From Leptospira biflexa (GTDB lineage: Bacteria > Spirochaetota > Leptospiria > Turneriellales > DYLW01), in NCBI GenBank assembly GCA_020721865.1, contig DYLW01000006.1, positions 22,416 to 86,415 of the forward strand: a DNA stretch of 64,000 nt. Reading direction: 5' to 3'. Both the position numbers and the translations under genes were made by a program. The notes under the pieces were generated by a model. That model searched no databases, had not been told where the DNA came from, and saw only the letters and a list, made by a program, of their open reading frames with translations. Positions 28,913-39,228 of the stretch are shown here, in pieces (position 1 is the stretch's first letter; every line of letters starts with the position of its first letter).

Positions 28913-29716
28913 ATGGAAGTACAAAACGAGAGGCAGAACCCATCCGATTATTCCCCATGGTATCATAAACATTCATTTGGCAGTTTACATGGGCAGTTTC
29001 CAGCTAACGGGATTTCTTCATCGGCAAACGAAGCTATTAACCAGTTGGAGAAAAGTGGTACGATTCTGGTAGCGTCCCAGAAAATCCTGAAAAAAATTTC
29101 CGAACCGGTGGTGTGGGCGGAAATCTGTATGCACTATTATGTGCAAAAAAGTAAATACACAGAAGATCTGTGGGTGATGGGTCTGGAAAAATTTTCCCAC
29201 TCCGGGGATTATCTGGACCAGATTTCCAGTTATTATCTGGCAGAAAAAAAATACCATAAGGCTTTGTCCTTCATCGGTAAAAACGGTAATAAAAATAAAA
29301 ATGGTGGAATTATCGCGGCATTTGGGTTGGCCCAGTATGGGATGGCATTGGATTTCTATCTGGCCATGAATGCCGATGAAAAAAGATCCTTGAACGAGGA
29401 AATCCACCAAATTCTGGCATATTCCGCCATGCAGATTGCCCGATACGATATTGCGGAAAAACTGTATGTTTCTCTAATGGAAAAAAAAGGAGGCAGAGCA
29501 CTCCCTTCACTCAAAGAATCTCTCCTTTCCCAGTTTGGGAATGAGGCAAAGATGGAGGCTTGGGCAAAGTCCATCTCTGCCAGTATTCGCGAGAAAACAA
29601 ACCTGACAGAGATTCCCATTGGAAACTGGGTAACCTACGGCAGTATCCTCATGCACCAGGAAAGATACAAAGAAGCACTGGATATTCTGCTGAAAGTACG
29701 CTCCAGCTACTTCTGA
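28913..29716 (+). CDS. hypothetical protein (helical, TPR-like)
   Basis: 267-aa ORF with coding-like composition. No motif recognised. Its stop abuts the stop of the convergent oxidoreductase gene with zero gap. Confidence 0.6.
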   Translation: MEVQNERQNPSDYSPWYHKHSFGSLHGQFPANGISSSANEAINQLEKSGTILVASQKILKKISEPVVWAEICMHYYVQKSKYTEDLWVMGLEKFSHSGDYLDQISSYYLAEKKYHKALSFIGKNGNKNKNGGIIAAFGLAQYGMALDFYLAMNADEKRSLNEEIHQILAYSAMQIARYDIAEKLYVSLMEKKGGRALPSLKESLLSQFGNEAKMEAWAKSISASIREKTNLTEIPIGNWVTYGSILMHQERYKEALDILLKVRSSYF

Positions 29717-31582
29717 TTATCCGGCAATTTTTCCGGAAAGTGAATACGCCGCCACAGATGCTTCCATAATCTGGGCGGTTTTCTCCGCATCCCCCACAAG
29801 GTGCAGGTTTTTGACTTTCCCCTTAAGTTTTTCATAGAGAGAGTTCTCCGGCTTTGTCCCAATGGCCATGACAATCACATCGAATTTACCCAGAGAGCTT
29901 TCTCCGGATTCACTCTGGATATACACCTCCGAATCTTGCACACGGGTCACCTTAGTCCGGGTCAGTATGTTTACCCTACCCGTGACGGCTTTCAGAAGAA
30001 GGCCCTTGCTGACCGGATCCATACCCCGGGATATTTCCTCTAACATCTCGACCACAGTTATCTGGTTTCCGTGGGGAAGAAGAATCTCTGCCGCCTCCAT
30101 CCCAATCATGCCCCCGCCGATAATCAGTACATTTTTGTTTTTAATAGACTCCGGATTTTTATACACATCAAATCCTGTGATGTACTGCGTCAGACCGGGG
30201 ATGGGAATTTCCACGGGCAAAGCACCAGTGGCCACAACCACTTCGTCATAATTTTGTGATAATACAAATTCCTCGTCCATATAAACTCCGGTTTTGATTT
30301 CCATAAAATCCTCTGCAAGGGAAATCAGATCATCCAGAGTGTTTTTCATAGTGCTCTTTCCAGGGACTTTATACGCAAGATTCCACTGTCCGCCGGGATT
30401 TTTTTCTTTCTCAAAGAGGGTGACTTTTAATCCTTTTCTGGCAAGATAAATACCCGTATAAATCCCGGCCGGTCCGCCCCCAATGACCATGGCTGTGCGG
30501 GAGCTTTTCCCCGTGGGGAGGATGTCCCGGGAAGCTTCTGGATTGGCTATACAAGTCACGGGTTTTCCCGCTTTCACACTGGTGAGGCATCCCTGCAGAC
30601 AGCCGGCACAACGGATGGTTTTTTGCCTATTCAGAATTTTATTCACAAAATCCGGATCCGTGATGAGCTGTCTTCCAAAAACAACCCCGTCGATGGTTCC
30701 GTTTGCCAGGAGGGTTTTATACCGGTCATTGGTCTGCATCCTACCGGCGGCAATAATGGGAAGACTGGTTTTCTGCCGCAGAATGGCCAGCTTATCATCC
30801 ATTTTATCCAGCGGCAAGGCCATGTGGTTGTAATACCAGGCGGGAGTCTCGCAGGCGTTTCCCCATCCCACATGAATCCCGGCGATGGCATATTTTTGAA
30901 AAAGGTTCAACATTTCATTTTCATCTTCATCGGTCAGGTTGTCCGTGAATTCCGAACCGGAAATTCTAACGATTACCGGGATTTTTACGGCAGAGGTTAC
31001 TTTTTTCAGAATATTTTCTGCGAATAAAAAGCGGTTTTTTCCATATTCATCCGTCCGATTGTTCAATTTCTTTGAGATGAATTGTACGGCCAGGTATCCA
31101 TGCCCCATCTGGAGCTCCACCCCGTCTGCCCCGGCATTTTGGGCAATGAGTGCTTTTGCGGCGAATGCGTCCTCAATTTCCCGGATTTGGGCAATGTCCA
31201 GGATTTCTGCGGTCTGGCCGCTCATGGGACAGGGGAGGGAAGCAGGAGCCAGCGGTTTCCCTCCGGAGGCAGCGGGATTGGCCGCTCTTCCGGCGTGGTT
31301 CAAGTGTACCACCACCCGGGCTCCGGATTTTCTCAAAGAATCCACAAAATTTCTCAAGAGCTCCACGCTCTGGGAATCCTCCAGCATCATCTGTTTGGGA
31401 TGTTCCTTTCCTGATGTGGTCACGGCAACCGGCTCCAGAATGATGGTGCCCACCCCGCCCTGGGCTCTTTTTTCATAATAGTGTATCTGGGCCGGAGTGA
31501 TCTTCCCGGTTCCGGGTTCAGCCATGGCGGTTTTCACCGGGGACATATAAAACGAATTTTTAGCATTGAAAAGATTAGACAT
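29717..31582 (-). CDS. NADH:flavin oxidoreductase, 2,4-dienoyl-CoA reductase (FadH)-like: OYE TIM barrel plus FAD/NAD(P) domain
   Basis: 621 aa. OYE-like N-terminal half (HLNHAGRAANP, GVELQMGHGYL), Cys cluster RCAGCLQGC, and Rossmann motifs GGGPAGIYTG and IIGGGMIGME. SD AAGGAGGAG upstream. Confidence 0.85.
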   Translation of the reverse strand: MSNLFNAKNSFYMSPVKTAMAEPGTGKITPAQIHYYEKRAQGGVGTIILEPVAVTTSGKEHPKQMMLEDSQSVELLRNFVDSLRKSGARVVVHLNHAGRAANPAASGGKPLAPASLPCPMSGQTAEILDIAQIREIEDAFAAKALIAQNAGADGVELQMGHGYLAVQFISKKLNNRTDEYGKNRFLFAENILKKVTSAVKIPVIVRISGSEFTDNLTDEDENEMLNLFQKYAIAGIHVGWGNACETPAWYYNHMALPLDKMDDKLAILRQKTSLPIIAAGRMQTNDRYKTLLANGTIDGVVFGRQLITDPDFVNKILNRQKTIRCAGCLQGCLTSVKAGKPVTCIANPEASRDILPTGKSSRTAMVIGGGPAGIYTGIYLARKGLKVTLFEKEKNPGGQWNLAYKVPGKSTMKNTLDDLISLAEDFMEIKTGVYMDEEFVLSQNYDEVVVATGALPVEIPIPGLTQYITGFDVYKNPESIKNKNVLIIGGGMIGMEAAEILLPHGNQITVVEMLEEISRGMDPVSKGLLLKAVTGRVNILTRTKVTRVQDSEVYIQSESGESSLGKFDVIVMAIGTKPENSLYEKLKGKVKNLHLVGDAEKTAQIMEASVAAYSLSGKIAG

Positions 31583-31603
31583 TCATACTCCTCCTTGGGG
31601 ATT

Positions 31604-31632
31604 TTTACATAATTTCAATTTACTATTAATAA
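31604..31632 (+). promoter_or_regulatory. sigma70-like promoter candidate (TTTACA-17-TAATAA)
   Basis: TTTACA at 31604-31609, a 17-nt spacer, and TAATAA at 31627-31632. It lies about 70 nt upstream of the DUF1343-like gene. Confidence 0.3.
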
Positions 31633-31704
31633 TAAGATAGAATCCGGAGATAAACCATTTTTTTAATCATTTACGGGCGGTTTCCGGATTATAAACAGAG
31701 GATT

Positions 31705-32973
31705 ATGCTTTTGAAAACCCGGTTTTTTTATGGAAACTGGATTTTGGTGACTGTCACCATCCTTATGGGCGGCTGCCATCGTGAATCCACCCGAAAGGCA
31801 CCCTTTATGGAATCCACGGAAATTTTCCTGCGGGAGCACTCCGGGACGCTGGCAGGCAAGAATGTCTGCGTGTTCACGAATGCATCCACCACCGGAAAAT
31901 TTCTGCTGGAGCCCGCCATAGACCCGGCCTATCCCAGCCGGCTGCATGAAATTTTCATGGAAAGCGGGGCAAAGGGATTGAAGGTGATGACGCCGGAGCA
32001 TGGCCTTTTTACGCAAGAAGAAGATAAAGGGAATTCCTCCCGCATCGTTTTTCCAGTGGTCAGTGTTTTTAATAAACCGGTGGAATCCTGGAAGCGGGAG
32101 CTTCAGGGATGCTCTCTGTTTCTGATCTCCTTACCGGATTCCGGAATCCGCCCATATACATACCGCACCGATATTGTCCGGGCTCTCCGTGCGGCAGATG
32201 CAATTGCCCGGACGGGGAAAAAGGAAAAAATAGAGATCTGGCTACTGGATCATCCCAATTTTGCTACCTGGCTGGGGGCACGGGGAACGATGACGGAAAA
32301 ATCTTTTTACAGTTATATTGGGGAAGAGGAAATTCCCTTTTTCCCCGGCTATACCTATGGAGAACTGGCGGGCTTTTACGCCGGACAAAACCGTCTTTCC
32401 CTGGATTTACATATTGTGAAAGCTCCGGGATTCAGGAAAACACTGGATATCTTTGCGGCGTTTGATTATTTTCCCCCTTCTCCCAGTCTGGCGGATAAAC
32501 GGTCTCTGGCCTGCTATTGGGTGACCATCTATTTTGAATCCACCTATGTGGACGAGGGTAGGTTTTCCCGGGATCCATTTTGTGTGATTGGTCATCCATC
32601 GTTCCGGTTTGATGAATTACCTCCGGAAAAAAACGGGGTGAAGTGGGAGCCGGTGGTTTATCAACCTTTTGGTGGGCCTTTCCGGGGGCGTTCCCTGCCG
32701 GCTTTCCGTATGGAAATACTGGATTGGGAAACATTTCAGCCGGATAAGGAGGGTTATGAGTTTTTTACATATATCCGGAACCGTTTTTTTGCGGGATCCA
32801 AAAACCCATTCTATAAAAAATATAAAACTACATATGCTCTGGACACGCTGGTGGGGACGGATAAGTTCAGAAAATACTCAGAAATGGGCATCCCTTATGA
32901 AACAGTCTCACTGTTTACCAGAGATAAAACGAAAAAATTTGTTCTTGATATGAAAAAATATGAATTATACTGA
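31705..32973 (+). CDS. DUF1343 (NamZ-like exo-MurNAc-ase family) lipoprotein
   Basis: 422 aa with lipobox ILMGGC. TPEHGLF and LLDHPNF resemble the DUF1343 PEHG and DRPNP motifs. Confidence 0.65.
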   Translation: MLLKTRFFYGNWILVTVTILMGGCHRESTRKAPFMESTEIFLREHSGTLAGKNVCVFTNASTTGKFLLEPAIDPAYPSRLHEIFMESGAKGLKVMTPEHGLFTQEEDKGNSSRIVFPVVSVFNKPVESWKRELQGCSLFLISLPDSGIRPYTYRTDIVRALRAADAIARTGKKEKIEIWLLDHPNFATWLGARGTMTEKSFYSYIGEEEIPFFPGYTYGELAGFYAGQNRLSLDLHIVKAPGFRKTLDIFAAFDYFPPSPSLADKRSLACYWVTIYFESTYVDEGRFSRDPFCVIGHPSFRFDELPPEKNGVKWEPVVYQPFGGPFRGRSLPAFRMEILDWETFQPDKEGYEFFTYIRNRFFAGSKNPFYKKYKTTYALDTLVGTDKFRKYSEMGIPYETVSLFTRDKTKKFVLDMKKYELY

Positions 32974-32997
32974 AAAAGACGAATCTTTTTCAGTATA
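32966..32997. terminator. intrinsic terminator between convergent genes
   Basis: Perfect 14-bp stem TATACTGAAAAAGA / TCTTTTTCAGTATA with loop CGAA, followed by ATTTTT. The stem includes the stop codon of the DUF1343-like gene. Confidence 0.8.
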
Positions 32998-33008
32998 ATT
33001 TTTCAGAA

Positions 33009-33503
33009 TTACTTAATCCAGGTCTGCGAGCGTCCCAGGGCAGAGATACCCATATAGCCACGAACCTGCAGTTTTCCGCCTTCTGTCCAGATTTTACATC
33101 CGTAAACCTTTCCACTTTCTGGATCCAGAATGCTTCCATCTTCCCAAGCATCGTCACCTTTTTTCAGACCCCAGATAATCAGGAGACCTTCTGTTTTAGG
33201 AAATACCATCGCTCCGGTCTTTTTATCTTTAATTTTAGCACATTTTGTGCACTCTTTATTTGGATCTGGTGGATTGAGCACTTTGATTTTTCCATATAGC
33301 TTTTGATTGTGTGCCCAAATACAGACTGTGGATTTAATTTTTCCTTTTTCTCCTTCTTTGTCCGATACTGTTCTCCAGCATCCGGTGACACCGTCGGTGG
33401 GACCGGCTTTGATTTCACTGGTGGCTCCACCCACAACCAAACCAACGGCCATAATGCCGGAAAAAAAGGCTACTAACGCAAGACGTGCAAATATTTTCTT
33501 CAT
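33009..33503 (-). CDS. DUF2147-family secreted protein
   Basis: The GCWRTVSDKEGEKGKIKSTVCIWAHNQKLYGKIKVL pattern is typical of DUF2147. I place the start at ATG 33503 (GGAGG 5 nt upstream) rather than the track start at 33515. Confidence 0.8.
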   Translation of the reverse strand: MKKIFARLALVAFFSGIMAVGLVVGGATSEIKAGPTDGVTGCWRTVSDKEGEKGKIKSTVCIWAHNQKLYGKIKVLNPPDPNKECTKCAKIKDKKTGAMVFPKTEGLLIIWGLKKGDDAWEDGSILDPESGKVYGCKIWTEGGKLQVRGYMGISALGRSQTWIK

Positions 33504-33642
33504 TCTTTCCTCCATTTTTTTTTTTTTAAGCTTCGCTGATAAATATTAATACTTCATAAGATGTCAATAAAAAAAATTATAAAAATTATGATTCGTATTA
33601 TTTTATGAATTGACATATATTCAAAGGAATTCATTTTTACTT

Positions 33643-34203
33643 ATGAAACTTGGGAAAATATTAAGATGGGAATCGTGGGTCGTTTTTTGGGGCATATCAA
33701 TTTTATTTATCTTTGGGTGCAAATCGTCCGGGAAAACGGAAAAAAAACCGGTGGAGAAAACCTTTTTTGATGTTTCCCGTGAGCGGTTTTTTGCCATGCC
33801 TCCCATGGAGGAAGAAGTCTTTCAGGTTTTTATCACATCGGATGAATTTACTGTAAAACAGGTTTCCGCACAGGACGCCATTGAATTTCAGCATGATGAG
33901 AAAGGAAATATTGCCTTCCGGAAGGTGATTGAAAAATATAATAAAATTGAATATTTTGCCCATGGGGTGTTGATGCTGGAATTATACCCGGGAAACGGGC
34001 GGCTCAAGCGGATTCGGTTCATCAATCCATCCGGAGTGGGAGAAATAGATAAATTGATTTCAGAAGATGTGACCAGATGGACGTATAAATTTCCCAAGGA
34101 CTATGTGGACCCACTCCGGTTTAATGTCCGCTATGGGGTGGCCCTCCGGAAAGAGATCAGCAGGGATGAGGCCGTCCAGGAATTAAAGAAATACACACGT
34201 TAA
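33643..34203 (+). CDS. hypothetical lipoprotein (possible TonB-C-like C-terminal fold, weak)
   Basis: MKLGKILRWESWVVFWGISILFIFGCKSSG is a signal peptide plus lipobox. The ATG at 33643 is preferred over the TTG track start at 33610. The C-terminal GVLMLELYPGNGRLKRIRFINPSGVGEIDKLI loosely recalls TonB_C. Confidence 0.6.
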   Translation: MKLGKILRWESWVVFWGISILFIFGCKSSGKTEKKPVEKTFFDVSRERFFAMPPMEEEVFQVFITSDEFTVKQVSAQDAIEFQHDEKGNIAFRKVIEKYNKIEYFAHGVLMLELYPGNGRLKRIRFINPSGVGEIDKLISEDVTRWTYKFPKDYVDPLRFNVRYGVALRKEISRDEAVQELKKYTR

Positions 34204-35729
34204 GTATCCTTTTTATGGGCAGGGACCGGCATATATAGGAAGTCCTGCCCATAAAATCTCTGGAGCATGGAAAAAATCACAAAGCTTAATTCATCGATCA
34301 GTAGCGGAGCTAAGGTTTTATGGTCATGGATGTTAAAGGCTCGCAACAAAAAAGAATCATTCCGTATTTTTGCCAGAATATCCGGGGCAGAGTTAATCCA
34401 GATGGACCGGAGTGATGCCCGGACATAATCATATTTTTCCCTGGAATTGCGGTATTGGGCGGTTAATTTCATGTAAACATTTGTGTTCCACCAGTTTTTT
34501 AAAAAATATTTCAAATATTCAAAAGGGAGTTCCCGTACCATCTGGTTCCTTTTCAAACGTCGATGGATGAATCCGGTGCGACCTTCTTTCATGAAATGAA
34601 GAATAATTTTTAAGAAGAAAACGGGAGTGGTATGGTACAGCACCAATCGTTTATCTACCTCATCCATGGATGCAAAATTGATCAGGATAACAGTCTCTGC
34701 GATAAAATCAAAATACTCATACAAAAAGTGTTCATAATCCATCACCGGATCTGTTTTTTTTCTGACCTGGGAGATAAACTTCCGGATTAAATCCTGCCGC
34801 AACGCAGATTCTTCCGCTCCCAAATGAGTCTCTATGTAAATTGCATGACGGATTTTTTTCTCTTCCACCTCAATCCGTTCTTCATTGATTTTCAGTGTAT
34901 ATATATAACTCTGGTTGAATAACTCTGTGCCCCTGGTATCCAGATAAAATGGATTTTTGATGGCTGTATCCACAGACGGGGTACTGGAAATGGATTCATC
35001 CCGGGATTGTTTGGTAATAATTTCCGATTCGTCAAAATCCATAAAGCTGAGATCGGACTGAAAAAGAACGGAGTGGCCATACTCAATAGCAGAGGAATAG
35101 GAGCCTTTAGCTACCCATCGGTCATTGCCCATACTTTCTTCTTTGATACGCAAAATATAATTCATCCGCCTCAGCAGAAGATCCGTTTTCTCTGTGAGTT
35201 CCAGACGGGGATAAATCTTGTAGAGGAGAACCTGTTCCAGAAATAAATGATTTACGGACTGAACTTTAATCTTTTCAAAGACTTTCTGCAGAAAAAGCCA
35301 GTTTCCCTTTACCTTTTCATTGAATGTTTTAATGGTTTCGTAAATGTTTTTCATGATAAGGAACTTCAGCTTTCTTTCATCAATATCATCATTGGAAAAT
35401 ACACCATAATATTCTCTATGTGCTGCAGTTTCCAGAAATGCATCATTTAACTTTTCTTCCACTTCCGAATAATTCCGGACAATATCCAGAAGGGCCTCTT
35501 CAATTTCCTTCTGTTTGAAAGCAAATTCGGCTTTGATTTCCTGGGTTGCGGAAGCGGAATTCAGATACTTCCTCAGGTTATCCGCAGTAATAACATGCTC
35601 TTCCAGAGGTTTTAAGTACCCCGTTTTAAAATCGGCTAAATTCTGAATAACCGCTTCAGAATCCGATGGTTCTATGGATTCATAAAGTACATCCGGTTTA
35701 TAAACGAATCGGTTTTCCTGAAGCTCCAT
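34200..35729 (-). CDS. hypothetical cytoplasmic protein, 509 aa, no recognisable domain
   Basis: Long ORF with no TM or signal peptide. It starts 2 nt after the stop of the AsmA-like gene. I recognise no motif. Confidence 0.7.
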   Translation of the reverse strand: MELQENRFVYKPDVLYESIEPSDSEAVIQNLADFKTGYLKPLEEHVITADNLRKYLNSASATQEIKAEFAFKQKEIEEALLDIVRNYSEVEEKLNDAFLETAAHREYYGVFSNDDIDERKLKFLIMKNIYETIKTFNEKVKGNWLFLQKVFEKIKVQSVNHLFLEQVLLYKIYPRLELTEKTDLLLRRMNYILRIKEESMGNDRWVAKGSYSSAIEYGHSVLFQSDLSFMDFDESEIITKQSRDESISSTPSVDTAIKNPFYLDTRGTELFNQSYIYTLKINEERIEVEEKKIRHAIYIETHLGAEESALRQDLIRKFISQVRKKTDPVMDYEHFLYEYFDFIAETVILINFASMDEVDKRLVLYHTTPVFFLKIILHFMKEGRTGFIHRRLKRNQMVRELPFEYLKYFLKNWWNTNVYMKLTAQYRNSREKYDYVRASLRSIWINSAPDILAKIRNDSFLLRAFNIHDHKTLAPLLIDELSFVIFSMLQRFYGQDFLYMPVPAHKKDT

Positions 35730-35731
35730 TT

Positions 35732-38700
35732 TTACTGGGCAGTATTTCCGGTTTCTTCTTTTTTTCTGGAGTACACCTTTGCTTCTTTATTCGCTCGCTG
35801 GAAAAATTCCTGAATGGGAATCCTATCCTGGAGAATGGAATCTCCCTGTGGAGAAATGAACATTACCCCCACAACACCTTTGCGGTAGACTACTTTGGCG
35901 TAAACCAGGCCTTCTTTTATGTCCAGATCCATTTTTTTAACGACAATACTGTTATCAATAGCTAAATCCACCAGTTTTGCGGAATCCGGTTTGACCACCT
36001 TCAGGCCCTGTTTACCAAATTCTTCCCCAATTTTATACACAGAAACATAACCATGCAGATTTTCAATGGGCTGGTCCAGATTGTCTCCAACCACAAACAT
36101 ATCCATGCGGATAATACCGTCTTTAATGGCCTTTGCTTTATCCGGCGGGATTAACTGTTTTAAATCCAGATCTTTCACCTGTATCTGGGCAAGGTATTCC
36201 ATCTCTTTTGTTTTTCCTCTGCCCACATTAAACAGGATATCATTGCCACTGATGATACCATTCAGGATATTGATCTGCAGGGCGGGGATGCGGAACACAT
36301 TATCCTTATAATTCATAGTGGCACCAAAGCCGGGATAATTCTGGGTGGGATATAAAAGCTTGAAGGACTCTTTTTCTTTTACCGGATTTTCAATCTCCAC
36401 AGATTCAATGGAAAAATTAAATGGTTCGGAAAAATTATAGTTTTTAATAATCCTCTCCTTATTTGCCGCTGTGAGATTAAGGGATTTTTTCAGTTTCATC
36501 TGGTGCAAAAATGGGAAATTCATATTGATATTATTGACTTTGGTAAATCCACCATCGTCGTAATAAAATTTATCAATGGTGACTTCGCCTTTGGCAATAT
36601 CTTTATACGCATGCACATTCATCCCCAGGAATCCCTCAATGGAATTGTTCTGGAATATTTTTTCCCTCTTCGCTTTCCCGAATTTCAGGGCCACTTTCAC
36701 GTCGGGCACCATTTCATTCACATAAACTGTTTTTCCGGTTTTTTCATCCACAGTTTTCACCCGGTCTTCCGTCAGATTGCCATGGATTTTCATACTCAGG
36801 GCTTTGTTCAAACCGTCCAAGGTGATGGAAGAAAGCTGGATTTGTTTGGGGTAGATTCCCACCTTTGCCCGCAACCAGAGGTCAGATATATCAAAATCCT
36901 CCAGAATAAAATTGGTTTCATGGTCAATCAACTGGGTGTTTCCCCGGATTCCCACTCTGGTCTGCCCTTTCAGGACAATATCCTTGCGTAAATATTCCGT
37001 GGCGGTTTCAGCGGATTCCGCATGGGCAGCCGTGAGAGTGGGCATTAATTGGATCACATTGGTGGAAAGATTAAAAAGCTGGAAGTGAATGTCCATGTTG
37101 CCGGATTTGGTATCCATGTTCACTTTATTGGCCGCATTCATCCAGACCGCTTTTTTGTGCTGTTCATTTTTCAGAGAGAAAGCTATCTTGTGCACATCGA
37201 TCTTGACTGTCTCAAATTTTATGTCCGGAGCATCAATTTTCACGCCGGTGGTGAAATGGATTCTATTAACTCCGGATTTCCCCCGGTTGAGCACATAAAT
37301 CAGCCAGGGAATATCCAGCGTAAAATTGGAGGTAAGATGGTTCTCTGACTTTCCATCGACCGTCAGAGCCAGATTAACATTTCCGGAGGCCATGCCCTTG
37401 GAGTACACCGCCGGATTCAGATTCCGGACAAAGACCCCCACCTGAACTTTTTCCTGGGGAATATAATGAACATCCGCTTTCAGGGCTGCCCCGTTCAGAT
37501 ATCCCCTCCATCCAGCTTTGGCGAACACCACCGGGAGACCTTCTTTTTTCTGCAGATTCAGTCTGGTATTATAATAGAGATCAAAAAATGGAATGGAAAT
37601 GGGCATTCCGGCGGCAAAGACGAACACATTTTTCATATTAAATTTGCCGTCAATGTTCAGATCATCCATTCCGCCCTCAATTTTCAGGGGAGCCAGAGAC
37701 ATATTACCCCGGAAACTGATGGAGCGGTCGTTGGTGAATTTCACATAGTATGGGTACAATTTATTAAGGTTGATATTGGATTCATCCAGCTCCAGATACA
37801 TTTTCATCTGGTCTGGTTTGGTGGCCGAATTGATCTGCCCGGTAAGATTTAGCCAGGTGTCATCCAGAAACTGGAATCGGAAAAAGCCAATCTTTAAACG
37901 GTCTTCCAGGGGCGAATAGTGGATATTGTATTCTATGTTGATCCCCAGCGGGGCCAGATGCCGTCCGGAATAGGTAACAGGCACGTTGTTATGGCCAATC
38001 TTTAATGTGGTTAAGAAACGGGGCTTTTCTCCGGAGGAATCCAACGCCAGCAGCCAGTGCATATCAAACGGCGTTTTGGTGGAGGCCTGGGCATTACGGA
38101 AATAAATATCCAGAGGTTTATCCGGATTCAACTGCACCAGAAAGGTGTCCACAATATCCAGTGCCCCCAATCCGGCGGGAATACTGGAGAACTCTTTGGT
38201 AAGGATATGGGTTTTGAAGGTAAAATTTTTCATCCCGAATTCCATGGGTGCGGAGTTGCTCTTGTCTCCCCCATCGATGGAAATATGGAAATCGTCCAGG
38301 ATAAACTTGAAAAAAATCTGTAATTCAAAAGGAAGCTGGATATCTTTGGCTTCGGATTTGTCTTCCTCTTTGGGTTCTTCCGGTTCTTTTTCTTCCTCCG
38401 GCGAAGGTTCTCCCGGTTTCATCAGGGTCTGGGCGTTCCAGACATTATTCCTCTGGATCAGAAAAATCCGGGGCTGATAAATCCCCACTTCAAAGACCCC
38501 ATAATCTCCGGTAAAAAATCCATAGACATTATAACGGAGGGAAAGCTTCTTGATTTGTACCAGAGGCTTATTGTCAAAATCCGGTCCGGAGAGGATTTCA
38601 ATATCTTCAAATTCAAATCCCCTGAAAAGGGAAGCCAGATTCACCTTGAGGCTGATTTTTCCGTTGGATATGCTGGAAAAAACTTCCGGAATCGTCTTTT

Positions 38701-39076
38701 CCAGGAAAGACGAGCTGGTCACATAAAAATAGACAATAACAACAAGAACCACCACCACGCCGAAGGCAATTTTCAGCGAGCGGAAGATAATTTTCCGTAC
38801 TGGTTTTTTTCCTTCTTCCGGGGGCGGAACCATGGCAGAGGCCGCTTTTTCTTTTGCGGCTTCCCGGCTGGATTTTATTTTTTCCAGAATGGCCAGAGCT
38901 TTCATTTTGAGAGCTGCTATAATACCGTTTTCACTGGAATCGGATTTTTCTGACTCTTCCGGTTCTTTTTGCTGATATCCTACGTTTTCCGTCGGTTGTT
39001 GTTTGGTTTTTTTCGGCTCTTTCTCCGCCGGGTCTTTGGGTGATATTGCCATAAAAGTACAATCTCCCATTCCCAT
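35732..39076 (-). CDS. AsmA-like/TamB-like large envelope protein
   Basis: 1114 aa. Charged N-terminus, one TM (IAFGVVVVLVVIVYFYV), then an AsmA-type beginning (KISLKVNLASLFRGFEFEDIEI...LVQIKKLSLRYN...IYQPRIFLIQRNNVWN) and a long beta-rich body. The start may be ATG 39052. Confidence 0.7.
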   Translation of the reverse strand: MGMGDCTFMAISPKDPAEKEPKKTKQQPTENVGYQQKEPEESEKSDSSENGIIAALKMKALAILEKIKSSREAAKEKAASAMVPPPEEGKKPVRKIIFRSLKIAFGVVVVLVVIVYFYVTSSSFLEKTIPEVFSSISNGKISLKVNLASLFRGFEFEDIEILSGPDFDNKPLVQIKKLSLRYNVYGFFTGDYGVFEVGIYQPRIFLIQRNNVWNAQTLMKPGEPSPEEEKEPEEPKEEDKSEAKDIQLPFELQIFFKFILDDFHISIDGGDKSNSAPMEFGMKNFTFKTHILTKEFSSIPAGLGALDIVDTFLVQLNPDKPLDIYFRNAQASTKTPFDMHWLLALDSSGEKPRFLTTLKIGHNNVPVTYSGRHLAPLGINIEYNIHYSPLEDRLKIGFFRFQFLDDTWLNLTGQINSATKPDQMKMYLELDESNINLNKLYPYYVKFTNDRSISFRGNMSLAPLKIEGGMDDLNIDGKFNMKNVFVFAAGMPISIPFFDLYYNTRLNLQKKEGLPVVFAKAGWRGYLNGAALKADVHYIPQEKVQVGVFVRNLNPAVYSKGMASGNVNLALTVDGKSENHLTSNFTLDIPWLIYVLNRGKSGVNRIHFTTGVKIDAPDIKFETVKIDVHKIAFSLKNEQHKKAVWMNAANKVNMDTKSGNMDIHFQLFNLSTNVIQLMPTLTAAHAESAETATEYLRKDIVLKGQTRVGIRGNTQLIDHETNFILEDFDISDLWLRAKVGIYPKQIQLSSITLDGLNKALSMKIHGNLTEDRVKTVDEKTGKTVYVNEMVPDVKVALKFGKAKREKIFQNNSIEGFLGMNVHAYKDIAKGEVTIDKFYYDDGGFTKVNNINMNFPFLHQMKLKKSLNLTAANKERIIKNYNFSEPFNFSIESVEIENPVKEKESFKLLYPTQNYPGFGATMNYKDNVFRIPALQINILNGIISGNDILFNVGRGKTKEMEYLAQIQVKDLDLKQLIPPDKAKAIKDGIIRMDMFVVGDNLDQPIENLHGYVSVYKIGEEFGKQGLKVVKPDSAKLVDLAIDNSIVVKKMDLDIKEGLVYAKVVYRKGVVGVMFISPQGDSILQDRIPIQEFFQRANKEAKVYSRKKEETGNTAQ

Positions 39077-39228
39077 TTACCTTAGCAAGAAGAAAATAAG
39101 AGACCCAATGATTTCTATCGGGAAGAAAAATCGGGAAAACCCGGAACCAGATTTGCTTTACCGTGTTTCCCCTCTCTGTCTTTTGGATGGACCATGGAAG
39201 GAAAAGTTAAATTTAAGAGGAAACTAAT

